Positions 1 through 9,416 are shown, numbered from the stretch's first letter. The stretch is 32,000 nucleotides of DNA from Haloferax volcanii DS2 (GCF_000025685.1 NC_013967.1:300001-332000), one strand, 5' to 3'. The notes: generated by a model from the letters alone, not told the origin. Numbers and translations: made by a program.

Positions 1-96
1 GATTCCGTTATAAAAGAAGGCGAGGATGTACAGGATGACGATGAGCGGAACGAGGACCACGAGGCCGCTGGCGAAGTCGCGTCTCCACGAGGACAT
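1..96 (-). CDS. DUF502-like membrane protein, first 32 codons only (gene runs off window start)
   Basis: Minus-strand ATG at 96-94 gives MSSWRRDFASGLVVLVPLIVILYILAFFYNGI, a basic N-terminus followed by a hydrophobic helix. I recognise this as the DUF502 N-terminal pattern. It is too short for the ORF track. Confidence 0.5.
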   Translation of the reverse strand, partial: MSSWRRDFASGLVVLVPLIVILYILAFFYNGI

Positions 97-120
97 TGAT
101 ATCGGGTACGTGAACCCGCG

Positions 121-129
121 GGCATAAGG
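121..129 (-). promoter_or_regulatory. TATA-like box for the DUF502-like gene
   Basis: The minus strand reads CCTTATGCC, centred about 29 nt upstream of the ATG at 96 (leaderless-type geometry). Confidence 0.35.
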
Positions 130-138
130 GGATTTCTA

Positions 139-163
139 GTGCGGGACGGGGGCGTACCCGCAC
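139..163 (-). terminator. GC hairpin just downstream of the proline dehydrogenase stop
   Basis: GTGCGGG (139-145) pairs with CCCGCAC (157-163), giving a 7-bp stem and an 11-nt loop, 13 nt beyond the stop at 176-178. Confidence 0.3.
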
Positions 164-175
164 CCCATCGCTCTC

Positions 176-1015
176 TCAGACGCCGACGACCGCCCGGAGT
201 GCGAACAGGGCGTTTTCCTTGCGCTCGCGGACCCGGCGGTAGAAGTACGAGACCCACTTGTCGCCGTAGGGCGCGTACTGCCACACCTCGACGCCGTCGG
301 CGGCGAGGTCGCGCTGGGCGTCCTCGCGCACGCCCATGAGCATCTGTACCTCGTAGTCGCGGTCGTACTCCGCGCCGAGGTCGTGCGCGTAGGCTATCAT
401 CTCGGGGTCGTGGCTCCCGACGGCGATACCGCCGTCGTACTCCCGAAACAGGTACGCGAGGAGTTCCTTGTACGCCTCGTTCACCGCCGATTTCTGCTTG
501 TGGGCGACCGCGGCCGGTTCGTCGTACGCGCCCTTGACGAGGCGGATCTTCCCCGGCACGTCGGCGAGGCGTTCGAGGTCGTCGGGCGTGCGCTTGAGGT
601 TCGCCTGCACGCACAGTCCCATCCCGCCGTCGAACTCGCGGGCGAGCTCCTCGAAGGCGTCGAGGGTCACGTCGGTCGTCTCGTGGTCCTCCATGTCGCA
701 CCACAGGAAGACGCCGTGTTCGTCGGCCGCCTCGGCGATGCGCCGGTAGTTCTCCTCGAACACGTGGTCGCCCGCGTCGAGGCCGATTTGCGAGGGCTTG
801 ACCGACACGCAGGCGTCGATGCCGGTCGAGGCGATGTCCTCGACGAGGTCGACGTAGGCCGCCGCGTCCTCGTCCGCGGGGGCGCGCTCGGCGTAGTGCT
901 CCCCGAGGAGGTTGAGGATGACCGCCACGCCGTCGTCGTTCATCCGTCGGGCGTGGTCGAGCGCTCCCGCCGCGGACTCTCCCGCGACGAACCTGCTCGC
1001 GATGGGCGGAATCAT
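176..1015 (-). CDS. proline dehydrogenase (PutA-type TIM-barrel, stand-alone)
   Basis: 279-aa track [52 protein letters not shown] and GSHDPEMI match my recollection of archaeal proline dehydrogenases. Confidence 0.8.
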   Translation of the reverse strand: MIPPIASRFVAGESAAGALDHARRMNDDGVAVILNLLGEHYAERAPADEDAAAYVDLVEDIASTGIDACVSVKPSQIGLDAGDHVFEENYRRIAEAADEHGVFLWCDMEDHETTDVTLDAFEELAREFDGGMGLCVQANLKRTPDDLERLADVPGKIRLVKGAYDEPAAVAHKQKSAVNEAYKELLAYLFREYDGGIAVGSHDPEMIAYAHDLGAEYDRDYEVQMLMGVREDAQRDLAADGVEVWQYAPYGDKWVSYFYRRVRERKENALFALRAVVGV

Positions 1016-1141
1016 AATAAACGATTGCGACCGTCAGCTATTGAGGGTTATCATCGATTCGGACGCGAAATCGAACGACACCGTCGCCTCCCCCGGCGAC
1101 GAACCGTCGGAACTTACAGTCCTCGCCGCCGACGGGTCGGT

Positions 1142-1684
1142 ATGGTCGTCTCTCTCGTCGCCACCGCCTTCTGGGCGATGCTGCCCGCGTACGTGCCGAA
1201 CAACGCCGCCGTCCTCGCGGGCGGCGGCCGCCCCATCGACGGCGGCCGAACGTGGGGCGGTCGGCGCGTCCTCGGGGACGGCAAGACGTGGCGCGGCACC
1301 GCCGCCGGGACGCTGGCCGGGACGCTCCTCGCCGTCGTCCTCAACGCCGCCGCGCCCGCGGCCTCGGGCGCGCTCGGCGTCTCGCTCCCGACGTTCCCGC
1401 TCGCCGCCGGGTTCGGACTCGCGCTCGGCGCGATGCTCGGTGACATCGGCGCGTCGTTCATCAAGCGTCGCTCGGGTCGCGAGCGCGGGGCCGCCTTCCC
1501 CGGCCTCGACCAACTCGACTTCGTCGTCGGCGCGCTCGCCCTCGCGTTCGTCGCCGCGCCCGGCTGGTTCGCGGCGACGTTCTCCCTGCCCGTGCTCGCG
1601 GTCGTGCTCGTGATGACGCCCGTGCTCCACGTCGTCACCAACGTCGGCGCGTACTTGCTGGGACTAAAAAACGAGCCGTGGTAA
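1142..1684 (+). CDS. carS: CDP-archaeol synthase (DUF46 family)
   Basis: Internal ATG of track ORF 383..1684. The protein runs [35 protein letters not shown]...GDGKTWRGT...SFIKRR...DQLDF. It is polytopic with the CarS signature motifs. The upstream part of the ORF is antisense to the proline dehydrogenase gene. Confidence 0.8.
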   Translation: MVVSLVATAFWAMLPAYVPNNAAVLAGGGRPIDGGRTWGGRRVLGDGKTWRGTAAGTLAGTLLAVVLNAAAPAASGALGVSLPTFPLAAGFGLALGAMLGDIGASFIKRRSGRERGAAFPGLDQLDFVVGALALAFVAAPGWFAATFSLPVLAVVLVMTPVLHVVTNVGAYLLGLKNEPW

Positions 1685-1717
1685 TCCACGCGGTTACCGC
1701 TCACCCGAACCGTCCCG

Positions 1718-1723
1718 CTTAAG
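1718..1723 (+). promoter_or_regulatory. TATA-like box for pyrE
   Basis: CTTAAG is centred about 30 nt upstream of the ATG at 1751. Confidence 0.35.
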
Positions 1724-1750
1724 CGCCTCCCTGAACCCTCTCGAAACAAG

Positions 1751-2281
1751 ATGGCGAACGCAGCACTCATCGAGGCGCTCCGAGCCGCCGACGCGGTCCA
1801 GTTCGGCGAGTTCGAGCTCTCCCACGGCGGCACGTCGAGCTACTACGTGGACAAGTACCTCTTCGAGACCGACCCCCGGTGTCTGAAGCTCATCGCCGAA
1901 GCGTTCGCAGAGCGCGTCGCGGACGACGACAAACTGGCCGGCGTCGCGCTCGGCGCGGTCCCGCTCGTGGCCGCCACCGCGGTCGAGACGAACAAGCCGT
2001 ACGTCATCGCCCGCAAGAAGGCAAAGGAGTACGGGACGGCAAAGCGCATCGAGGGCGCGCTCGACGAGGGCGAGGAAGTCGTCGTCCTCGAAGACATCGC
2101 GACGACCGGCCAGAGCGCCGTCGACGCCGTGGAGGCGCTCCGCGAGGCCGGCGCAGTCGTCGACCGCGTCGTCGTCGTCGTGGACCGACAGGAGGGCGCG
2201 GCGGAGCTGCTGGCCGACCACGACATCGCACTGGAGTCGCTTCTCACCGCCGAGGACCTGCTGGCCGACGCCGACGGCTAA
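1751..2281 (+). CDS. pyrE: orotate phosphoribosyltransferase
   Basis: 176 aa. It has the [20 protein letters not shown]-terminus and the PRPP loop [13 protein letters not shown]. Confidence 0.9.
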
Positions 2282-2355
2282 TACACGCTTGTGACTAATT
2301 CACTCGGAATCGGTAATCGAAGTATTCATTTTTGTGCAAGTACGAAGCCGGAGGC

Positions 2356-3069
2356 ATGAACAGAGCAGAGAAGGCCGCACTCCAGTTGCAGGCTGTCTCC
2401 GTGCTCCGGATGCTCAAAGAGACCCGGACGTACGACGAGCTGGCCGAGCTCACGGGACTGCCGGCCGGCGACCTCAACCGCTACGTCAACGGGCACGTCC
2501 TGCCCGGGGTCGAACGCGCCCGCGAGGTCGTCGAGGGCGTCGGCCGCGACGCGCTCGCAGACGAACTCGAAGCCCGCGTCAGATTCGACGACGAGGGCTA
2601 CGTCGACAACTCCGGCGTCGTCTTCGACCAGTCGTTCCTCGACCTCGTCGCGCCCGTCGCGGCGAACGCGCTGGACCTCGAACGCCCCGACGTGATTCTG
2701 ACCGCGGCGACCGACGGCATCACCCTCGGCGCGGCGATGGCGAGCTACTTCGGCGCGCGCCTCGCGTACGCGAAGAAGTCGAAAGAGACCGCCGTCGAGG
2801 ACTTCATCGAATCCCGTCAGCGCCTCGCGTCCGGCATCGAACTCACCTACTACCTCCCCGCCAGCGCCATCGACGACGGCGAGCGCGTCCTCGTCGTCGA
2901 CGACCTCATCCGCTCGGGCGAGACCCAGGAACTCCTCTTGGACATCGCGCTGCAGGCCGACGCGGACATCGCCGGCGTCTTCGCGCTCATCGCCGTCGGC
3001 GACGAGGGGACGAACCGCGCCCGCGAACTCACCGACGCGCCCGTCGGCGCGCTGAGCAGTTTCGACTGA
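2356..3069 (+). CDS. PurR-like regulator: N-terminal winged-HTH fused to a phosphoribosyltransferase (PRPP-binding) domain
   Basis: ATG at 2356 inside track ORF 2332..3069, which begins at a TTG. An AT-rich box lies about 30 nt upstream. The HTH-like segment is TYDELAELTGLPAGDLNRYVNG and the PRT motif is VLVVDDLIRSGET. Confidence 0.7.
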   Translation: MNRAEKAALQLQAVSVLRMLKETRTYDELAELTGLPAGDLNRYVNGHVLPGVERAREVVEGVGRDALADELEARVRFDDEGYVDNSGVVFDQSFLDLVAPVAANALDLERPDVILTAATDGITLGAAMASYFGARLAYAKKSKETAVEDFIESRQRLASGIELTYYLPASAIDDGERVLVVDDLIRSGETQELLLDIALQADADIAGVFALIAVGDEGTNRARELTDAPVGALSSFD

Positions 3070-3098
3070 CGGCTCAGGGACCCGCCGAAAAACTGTTC

Positions 3099-3114
3099 TG
3101 AACTGCTCAGTTCA
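3099..3114. promoter_or_regulatory. perfect palindrome TGAACTG-CT-CAGTTCA (operator or terminator hairpin)
   Basis: 7-bp arms with a 2-nt spacer, 30 nt after the regulator stop, in the 186-nt AT-rich spacer before the permease gene. A second palindrome, GGCAC-TTAT-GTGCC, lies at 3136-3149. Confidence 0.3.
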
Positions 3115-3255
3115 ATCACAGGTGACGTAGAAATAGGCACTTATGTGCCGTTCTCTCACGCTGAATGGGCTGCTTAACTCACGTTCGTGGATAATTCTGC
3201 CCGGGAGGATGGTAATGCTTATGTGTGGAATCCGGGGTATGCTTAGTCGTGCATC

Positions 3256-4668
3256 ATGGGGCTCTCTGAAACCCTCGCAAACTACTTCGACGTGCATAAA
3301 CACGGGTCCACGGTCAGGACCGAGATTCTCGCGGGCATCACGACGTTCCTCACGATGTCGTACATCGTCGTGGTCAACCCGTCGCTTCTCACAGACCAAC
3401 CGTACATCGAGGGCGTCGACGGCATCGCCATCGCCGGGTACACGCCGGGCGAGGTCCAGTCCATGCTCGCTGTCGTCACCATCCTCGCGGCCGCCATCGC
3501 GACCACGGTCATGGCGTTCTACGCCAACCGACCCTTCGCGCAAGCGCCGGGCCTCGGCCTGAACGCCTTCTTCGCGTTCACCGTCGTCGGGGCGCTGGGC
3601 GTCCCGTGGCAGACGGCGCTCGCGGCCGTCTTCATCGAGGGGCTCATCTTCATCGCGCTCACCGCCGTCGGCGCGCGGGAAGCCATCATCAAGGTGTTCC
3701 CCGAACCGGTCAAGATGGCCGTCGGCACCGGTATCGGGCTGTTCTTAGCGATTATCGGGTTGCAGGCGATGGGCATCGTCGTCAACGACAACTCGACGCT
3801 CGTCACGATGGGGAACCTCGCGTCGAACCCCATCGCCATCGTCTCCATCGTCGGCCTGTTCTTCACGTTCGCCCTCTACGCGGCGAACGTCCCCGGTTCT
3901 ATCATCATCGGCATCGTCGGCACGTCGCTTCTCGGCTGGGGCCTCACCGCCTCGGGCGTCGTCTCGGCCGAGGCCGGCCTCGTCGCCAACTCCTCGGCGG
4001 CCACTTACGACATCACGCCGCTGGCCGGCGCGTTCATCTCCGGCTTCGGCAACGTCGAAGCGTTCAGCTTCGCCCTCATCGTCATCACGTTCTTCTTCGT
4101 CGACTTCTTCGACACCGCCGGCACGCTCGTCGGCGTCGGGCAGGCCGGGGGCTTCCTCAACGACGACGGTGACCTCCCCGACATCGACAAGCCCCTCATG
4201 GCCGACGCGGTCGGCACCACCGCGGGCGCGATGCTCGGCACCTCGACGGTCACGACCTACATCGAATCCGCCACCGGCGTCGAAGAGGGCGGCCGAACGG
4301 GCCTCACCGCGCTCGTCGTCGCCCTCCTGTTCCTCGGCTCGCTCGCCATCGTCCCGCTCGCGACGGCTATCCCGCAGTACGCCTCCCACATCGCGCTCGT
4401 CGTCATCGGCGTCGTCATGCTCCGCAACGTCGTCGACATCGAGTGGGACGACCTGACGTTCACCATCCCCGCCGGCATGACCATCCTCGTCATGCCCTTC
4501 ACGTACTCCATCGCGTACGGCATCGCGGCGGGCATCGTCTCGTACCCGCTCGTGAAGGTCGCCGCCGGCGAGTACGACGATGTCAGCGCCGGCCAGTGGG
4601 CGCTCGCGGTCGCGTTCGTCCTCTACTTCGTCGTCCGCACCTCGGGGATGCTCCAGGCGCAGGTCTGA
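3256..4668 (+). CDS. NCS2/AzgA-type purine (adenine/guanine/hypoxanthine) permease
   Basis: 470 aa and polytopic. The N-terminus FDVHKHGSTVRTEILAGITTFLTMSYIVVVNP and the segment ATGVEEGGRTGLTA are typical of the AzgA/PbuG family. Confidence 0.85.
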   Translation: MGLSETLANYFDVHKHGSTVRTEILAGITTFLTMSYIVVVNPSLLTDQPYIEGVDGIAIAGYTPGEVQSMLAVVTILAAAIATTVMAFYANRPFAQAPGLGLNAFFAFTVVGALGVPWQTALAAVFIEGLIFIALTAVGAREAIIKVFPEPVKMAVGTGIGLFLAIIGLQAMGIVVNDNSTLVTMGNLASNPIAIVSIVGLFFTFALYAANVPGSIIIGIVGTSLLGWGLTASGVVSAEAGLVANSSAATYDITPLAGAFISGFGNVEAFSFALIVITFFFVDFFDTAGTLVGVGQAGGFLNDDGDLPDIDKPLMADAVGTTAGAMLGTSTVTTYIESATGVEEGGRTGLTALVVALLFLGSLAIVPLATAIPQYASHIALVVIGVVMLRNVVDIEWDDLTFTIPAGMTILVMPFTYSIAYGIAAGIVSYPLVKVAAGEYDDVSAGQWALAVAFVLYFVVRTSGMLQAQV

Positions 4669-4670
4669 CC

Positions 4671-4702
4671 GCGCCGACGACTCTCTCGTCGCGCTGATTT
4701 TC
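4671..4702 (+). terminator. hairpin plus T-run after the permease gene
   Basis: GCGCCGACGA pairs with TCGTCGCGC (9 bp, one bulge, loop CTCTC), followed by TTTT at 4698-4701. Confidence 0.45.
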
Positions 4703-4759
4703 TCACGACCTAATCGGATTCATAAAGTATTGAACAACCCCGGTGCTAACCCACTCCGT

Positions 4760-4924
4760 ATGAATATTCCCAACGAACGGCTCGCCCTCCGCGGAGCCGT
4801 GTTCCTCCTCATTATCGGCCTTCTCGCTCCTTCGGCCGTCTCTGCCGTGAGTACGACCCCGGGCAGCAGACGAGCCTCCAACCGGGAACCGTCACCAGCC
4901 CCGCCAACGGGTCGACGATTGTGA
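4760..4924 (+). other. N-terminal signal-anchor segment of the ASST-like gene, encoded in a different frame from the body
   Basis: ATG at 4760 gives MNIPNERLALRGAVFLLIIGLLAPSAVSAVSTTPG, then Arg/Pro-rich junk up to the TGA at 4922-4924. A TATA-like CATAAAGTAT lies at 4721-4730. The downstream propeller frame is open from 4750 but has no start codon before the GTG at 4921. Confidence 0.55.
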
Positions 4925-6147
4925 GCGTCCAAGGCTACACTTTCCAGGGCAACACGAACCCGAAGAAACCCGCTCGGGTCGTCTCGGTCGGTGAGCGCGG
5001 GAGCCTCCAGTGGACGTACGACGACTCGGTCAACGGGAACGCGTGGTTCTTCGACGTCGACCCGCTCCCGAACGGGAACCTGCTCGTCTCGTCGCCGCGC
5101 GGGACCGACACCGTCGTCTTCGAACTCGACCCGGACACCCGCGAACGCGTCTGGGAACAGCGCTTCGACATGGAGGACACCCACGACGTTGACGCCTTCG
5201 GCGAGGACGAACTCCTCATCGCCAACATGCGCGAGTGGAACGACTCCGCCGGCGTCAGCGAGGACCGAATCGTGGTGTACAACCGGACGACCGACGAAAT
5301 AACGTGGGAGTGGTACTTCAAGAACCACTTCCCAGCCGACACCGACGGCGGCTACAACGCCGACTGGAGCCACGTCAACGACGTGGACTACATCGGCGAC
5401 GGTCGGCTCCTGTTGTCGCCGCGAAACTTCGACCAGGCAATCGTCGTCGACATGGAGTCGAAAGACATCGTCGAGCGCCTCGGCACCGACGACGACTACG
5501 ACGTGCTCAACGAACAGCACAATCCCGACTGGCTGGTCAGCGAGAACGGCACCCCGACCATGCTCGTCGCCGACAGCGGGAACAACCGCGTCGTCGAGTA
5601 CGCGAAAGAAGACGGCGAGTGGGTCCGGACGTGGTCCGTCGGAAAGAACACGCTCAACTGGCCGCGCGACGCCGACCGCCTCCCCAACGGCAACACGCTC
5701 ATCGTCGACACGCTCAACCACCGAGTGATAGAGGTCACGCCGACCGGCGAGGTCGTCTGGGAGTACTACGCGACGTGGGGGCCGTACGACGCCGAGCGCG
5801 TCGCCCACGGCGACGAGTCCTCGGGGCCGACGATTCGGGACCTGAACGCCAGCGGTTCGTACCCCATCACCGGGAGCGCGAACATCACCGCGGGCGGAGA
5901 CGGGAGCGTCGGCTTCGTCTCGCGGGTTCAGTCGACGTTCGCCGGGACGCCGCTCGAAGAGCCGATGAGCGGGCTTTCGACGCGACTGTCGCACGTCCTG
6001 CCGTGGCTCCGCCCGGTGTGGATGACGCCGTGGGACCTGTTTTGGGCGGCGTGCGCGGTCGGCGTCGGGATCACCGCGACCGCCGGCGAACTGTATCTGA
6101 TGCGTCAGCGACTACTCGACGCGGTCCGCGGGCTGTTCGGGAGATAA
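4921..6147 (+). CDS. arylsulfotransferase (ASST)-like beta-propeller protein with C-terminal TM helix (body; see frame break)
   Basis: 408-aa track ORF. It has repeated propeller-like motifs (THDVD, WSHVNDVDYIGDGRLLLS, ADSGNNRVVEY, LPNGNTLIVDTLNHRVIEV). The C-terminal hydrophobic segment is LFWAACAVGVGITATAG. Confidence 0.7.
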   Translation: MSVQGYTFQGNTNPKKPARVVSVGERGSLQWTYDDSVNGNAWFFDVDPLPNGNLLVSSPRGTDTVVFELDPDTRERVWEQRFDMEDTHDVDAFGEDELLIANMREWNDSAGVSEDRIVVYNRTTDEITWEWYFKNHFPADTDGGYNADWSHVNDVDYIGDGRLLLSPRNFDQAIVVDMESKDIVERLGTDDDYDVLNEQHNPDWLVSENGTPTMLVADSGNNRVVEYAKEDGEWVRTWSVGKNTLNWPRDADRLPNGNTLIVDTLNHRVIEVTPTGEVVWEYYATWGPYDAERVAHGDESSGPTIRDLNASGSYPITGSANITAGGDGSVGFVSRVQSTFAGTPLEEPMSGLSTRLSHVLPWLRPVWMTPWDLFWAACAVGVGITATAGELYLMRQRLLDAVRGLFGR

Positions 6148-6249
6148 CGCTGACCCCGCGGCCGACCCCGCGGCGCGCCTTTCGGGGTCGTGTGGTTCGA
6201 TTGCAGAAGACCATGGCACTCATTAGCCGCGGCTCCATACCCCAGGCTG

Positions 6250-6504
6250 ATGTCCGACCTCATCCTCTACGAACTGCAAGGCTGTCCGTACTGCGCGAAG
6301 GTGAAGGACAAACTCTCCGACCTCGACCTCGAATACGAGTCGCGGATGGTCCCCAGCGCTCACGCCGAGCGCGAGGAAGTCGAAGAGGTAAGCGGCCAGA
6401 CCGGCGTCCCCGTCCTCGTCGACGAGGAACACGGCGTCGAGGGGATGCCCGAGAGCGACGATATCGTCGACTACCTCGAAGAGACCTACGGCTCGGCGGC
6501 GTAA
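6250..6504 (+). CDS. glutaredoxin-like protein
   Basis: Internal ATG of track ORF 6190..6504. The protein starts MSDLILYELQGCPYCAKVK, with a CPYC active site, and contains GVPVL. It is 84 aa. Confidence 0.8.
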   Translation: MSDLILYELQGCPYCAKVKDKLSDLDLEYESRMVPSAHAEREEVEEVSGQTGVPVLVDEEHGVEGMPESDDIVDYLEETYGSAA

Positions 6505-6520
6505 GCGCGACCGTCACTGA

Positions 6521-6525
6521 TTTTT
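6521..6525 (+). terminator. oligo-T terminator after the glutaredoxin gene
   Basis: A TTTTT run lies 17 nt after the stop codon. Confidence 0.4.
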
Positions 6526-6562
6526 CCGCCGGCAGTACAGCTCGCCGCGCACCCCGCGACGA

Positions 6563-7537
6563 TTAGCTCTCGGCGGGGTCGCGGGTCCGCTCGCGAATCA
6601 GGTCGCGAATCTCGTCGGGGTCGTCGATGGCGGCGAGTTCCTCACAGCTGACGATGCCGGTGCCGTCGACCGACTCGCGCTTCTGCTGTTCCTCGACGAA
6701 GTAGACGGAGCGCGTCCGCGTGATTTCGCCGAGCGACGACATGATTTGGGCGCGCTTCTCGGCACTTCGAGTGAACGGCGAGTGTCCGGTGAGGACGTTC
6801 GTCTCCTTTTTCCGCCCGGCGTCTTCGCTGACGGCCTTGAACGGCGCGCGGGCGGTCGGATGGACGGTGAAGCCGGCGCGCGTCAGCACCGACAGGACGT
6901 GTTCGTCGTCGGGGTCCACGTCGGGGTCGTCGGGCGTCGGCTCGGCGTCGCGCACGTCTTCCGCGCCCGTGAGCACGTCGACCGGGTTCGAGAAGGGGCG
7001 GTCGAACAGCTCTTCGAGGTGAATCGCCACTTCGATGCTCGCGTTCATGCCGTTTTCGTACTTCGAGACGGTGCGCCGCGAGACGCCGAGTTCGGTCGCG
7101 AGCTGCCCGAGGCTCCATCCGCGCTCCTGCCGCTCTTCGGCGAGCACGTCGCCGTCGAGGCTCACGTACAGTCCGCCGGGGGCGGCGTAGATGAGCGGGG
7201 GAACCTCCTCGACGAACAGGTCCATGGCGGTGTCGGGGTTCAACACCGGCACGCCGTGGCGGAAGTAGACGACGCCGGGTTTGAGGTCCTCGTCTCGGGT
7301 TCGAAGCCCGACGACCAACGGCGTGGCGTCGAGATACGAGCCGAGGCGTCGCATCTCCGAGCCGGTGACGCCGTCGAACGCGTCGATGTTCCCAAGTATC
7401 TTGAGGAGCAACAGGTCCTCGCCCCTCCGAGCGGCGAGGTCGAAGCTCTTCGGCCGGATGGCGATGCGGTCGCTCACGACGAAGCCCGCGTCTTGGAGCA
7501 TCGCGGCGACATTACCAACCAGCGCTGACCGGGACAT
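6563..7537 (-). CDS. conserved archaeal HTH-type (XRE-like) transcriptional regulator, COG1395-like
   Basis: Track ORF 6563..7546 begins at a TTG, so I prefer the ATG at 7537 (MSRSALVGN). The central HTH is [23 protein letters not shown]. The TATA box lies exactly 27 nt upstream of this ATG. Confidence 0.75.
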   Translation of the reverse strand: MSRSALVGNVAAMLQDAGFVVSDRIAIRPKSFDLAARRGEDLLLLKILGNIDAFDGVTGSEMRRLGSYLDATPLVVGLRTRDEDLKPGVVYFRHGVPVLNPDTAMDLFVEEVPPLIYAAPGGLYVSLDGDVLAEERQERGWSLGQLATELGVSRRTVSKYENGMNASIEVAIHLEELFDRPFSNPVDVLTGAEDVRDAEPTPDDPDVDPDDEHVLSVLTRAGFTVHPTARAPFKAVSEDAGRKKETNVLTGHSPFTRSAEKRAQIMSSLGEITRTRSVYFVEEQQKRESVDGTGIVSCEELAAIDDPDEIRDLIRERTRDPAES

Positions 7538-7560
7538 AGGGGGCAATAAGCGATTCGGCC

Positions 7561-7567
7561 CATAAAG
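7561..7567 (-). promoter_or_regulatory. TATA box for the HTH regulator gene
   Basis: The minus strand reads CTTTATG, centred 27 nt upstream of the ATG at 7537. Confidence 0.4.
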
Positions 7568-7621
7568 CGTTTTCCCCGATACCGCCGCCCTCGCCGTGGT
7601 ATCTCCCTTCTCGATGCCGCA

Positions 7622-7629
7622 TTTATATA
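7622..7629 (+). promoter_or_regulatory. TATA box upstream of tiaS
   Basis: TTTATATA lies about 52 nt upstream of the ATG at 7680, implying a short 5' UTR. Confidence 0.35.
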
Positions 7630-7679
7630 GCCATAATCGACCCGAAAGGCGTTACTGCGCCGTCCGGCAATCTCCGCGT

Positions 7680-8948
7680 ATGACCGTCATCGGCCTCGAC
7701 GACACCGACTCCCGCACCCTCGGGATGTGTACGACCTATCTGGCGACGCTCGTCGCCGAGGCCGTCGAGGCGCGCGGCGGGACCGTCGAGCGGCGACTCC
7801 TCGTCCGGCTGAACCCGGCGGTCGAGCACAAGACCCGCGGGAACGCGGCGCTGGCGATTCACACCGACCTCCCCGCGGGCGCGGCGTTCGACCTCGCCCG
7901 CGAGGAACTCGACCGCTGGGCCGTCCTCGACGACGACCGGACCAGCCCGGGTGTCGTCGTCGCGCCGGGGTCTCCCGACACGGTTTCGACCGCCGTCGCC
8001 GACTTCGCCCGCGACGCCGTCCGCGACTTCCACGACCTCGACGACGCGGTCGCCCTCGCGGAGCGTTCCGGCTTCTTGACCGAGGGGTGGCACGGCGGCC
8101 GGGGCCGTATCGGCGCGCTCGCGGCCGTCGGCGCGTGGGCCGCCTTCGACGAGTGGACCTACGAACACATCTCTTACCGCGAGTTTCACCGCTGCGGGAC
8201 GCCCCGCGAGGTCGACGTCGACTCCGTCTTCGACGCCGCCGACGCGGCGTATCCCGACGCGTGGGACACCGTGGACCGCGAGGAGGGCGAAGGCGTCTGC
8301 GTGCCGAACGCGCCGGGACCGATTCTCCACGGCATCCGCGGCGACGACGCCGACACCGTCCGCGAGGTCGCCGCCGCCATCGACTCCGAACCCGTCGACC
8401 GCTCGGCGACGTTTCGCACGAATCAGGGGACCGACGCGCACCTCCGGGACGGCGTCGTCTCGGACCTCCGCGACGGCCGCGCCTACCGCGTCGCCGGCAC
8501 CGTCGCCTCCGACCCGGAGACTCGACGGGGTGGCCACGTCTTTTTCGACCTCGAAGCCGGCGACGCGGTGGTCGCTGTCGCCGCCTTCGAACCGACGAAA
8601 CGCTTCCGAAACCGGGTGCGGGCGCTCCGCGTCGGCGACGCGATCACCGCCTGCGGCGAGGTCGGAGACGGCACGCTCAAACTGGAGAAGTTCGCGGTCC
8701 GCGACCTCGTGCGGACGGAGCCCGCGACGCCCGTCTGTCCCGACTGCGGGCGGACGATGAAAAGCGCGGGACGGAATCAGGGCTACCGGTGCCGCGACTG
8801 CGGGACCGACGCACCCGGCAAAGTCGAGCGGGCGGTCGACCGCGACCTCGAACCCGGCTGGTACGAGGTGCCGCCGTGCGCCCGCCGACACATCGCTAAG
8901 CCGCTCGTTCGCGGCGGCTTCGACGCGGCGACGCACCCGGAGCGCTGA
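7680..8948 (+). CDS. tiaS: tRNA(Ile2) 2-agmatinylcytidine synthetase
   Basis: Internal ATG of track ORF 7596..8948. It has the MTVIGLDDTDSRTLGMCTTYLA N-terminal signature and the C-terminal zinc ribbon CPDCG...CRDCG. Confidence 0.8.
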   Translation: MTVIGLDDTDSRTLGMCTTYLATLVAEAVEARGGTVERRLLVRLNPAVEHKTRGNAALAIHTDLPAGAAFDLAREELDRWAVLDDDRTSPGVVVAPGSPDTVSTAVADFARDAVRDFHDLDDAVALAERSGFLTEGWHGGRGRIGALAAVGAWAAFDEWTYEHISYREFHRCGTPREVDVDSVFDAADAAYPDAWDTVDREEGEGVCVPNAPGPILHGIRGDDADTVREVAAAIDSEPVDRSATFRTNQGTDAHLRDGVVSDLRDGRAYRVAGTVASDPETRRGGHVFFDLEAGDAVVAVAAFEPTKRFRNRVRALRVGDAITACGEVGDGTLKLEKFAVRDLVRTEPATPVCPDCGRTMKSAGRNQGYRCRDCGTDAPGKVERAVDRDLEPGWYEVPPCARRHIAKPLVRGGFDAATHPER

Positions 8949-8972
8949 GGTCGCGGCTCGCGTGTTCGGCGC

Positions 8973-9416
8973 TCAGTCCTGAACCACCAGCACGTTCGTG
9001 TTCTCGCGGCGGTCGACGAACGACTCCCCGGCGGGCGGTTTCACGTCCACGACGAGCGTTCCGTCCTCGCGGTTCGCGCCGAGTTCGGCGTCGACGTTGA
9101 CAGTCGCAGACCCGCCGTCATCGCTTTTCGCCGTCGCCACGCCGTCGATTTCGGCGGTCCCCGATTTCACGATGACTGTCGCACCCTCCACGGGGTTCCC
9201 CTCGTGGTCGACGACGGTGAAGTCCAGCGCCTGTTCGCCGGGGCCGACCACGTCCGGCGTCGGCTTCACGTCGAGTTCCGAGGTGGCGAGCCCCTGCACC
9301 CCGGAGAGCATGTTGAGCATGACGCTCATGCTGGCGACGCCGACGACGAGAGCGACGACGAGACGAACTGGCAGTCCTTCGATAGCGCGCGTGTCTGACC
9401 GGAACATATCGAGCAT
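8973..9416 (-). CDS. membrane-anchored protein with a class-III-signal-like N-terminus and an Ig-like/CarboxypepD_reg-like beta domain
   Basis: 147 aa. The N-terminus is MLDMFRSDTRAIEGLPVRLVVALVVGVASMSV. The C-terminal part has beta-rich segments VVDHEGNPVEGATVIVKSG and DGGSATVNV. A TATA box lies 27 nt upstream. Confidence 0.6.
   Translation of the reverse strand: MLDMFRSDTRAIEGLPVRLVVALVVGVASMSVMLNMLSGVQGLATSELDVKPTPDVVGPGEQALDFTVVDHEGNPVEGATVIVKSGTAEIDGVATAKSDDGGSATVNVDAELGANREDGTLVVDVKPPAGESFVDRRENTNVLVVQD

Noticed and set aside
383-1141. N-terminal extensions of track ORFs. Examples are 383-1141, 7596-7679, 13829-13885, 18615-18644, 23329-23484, 11978-12094, 6190-6249 and 27664-27675.
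   Set aside because: The extensions overlap neighbouring genes or promoters, or read as basic low-complexity, off-frame-like text. Internal ATGs give canonical N-termini and sensible TATA spacing.
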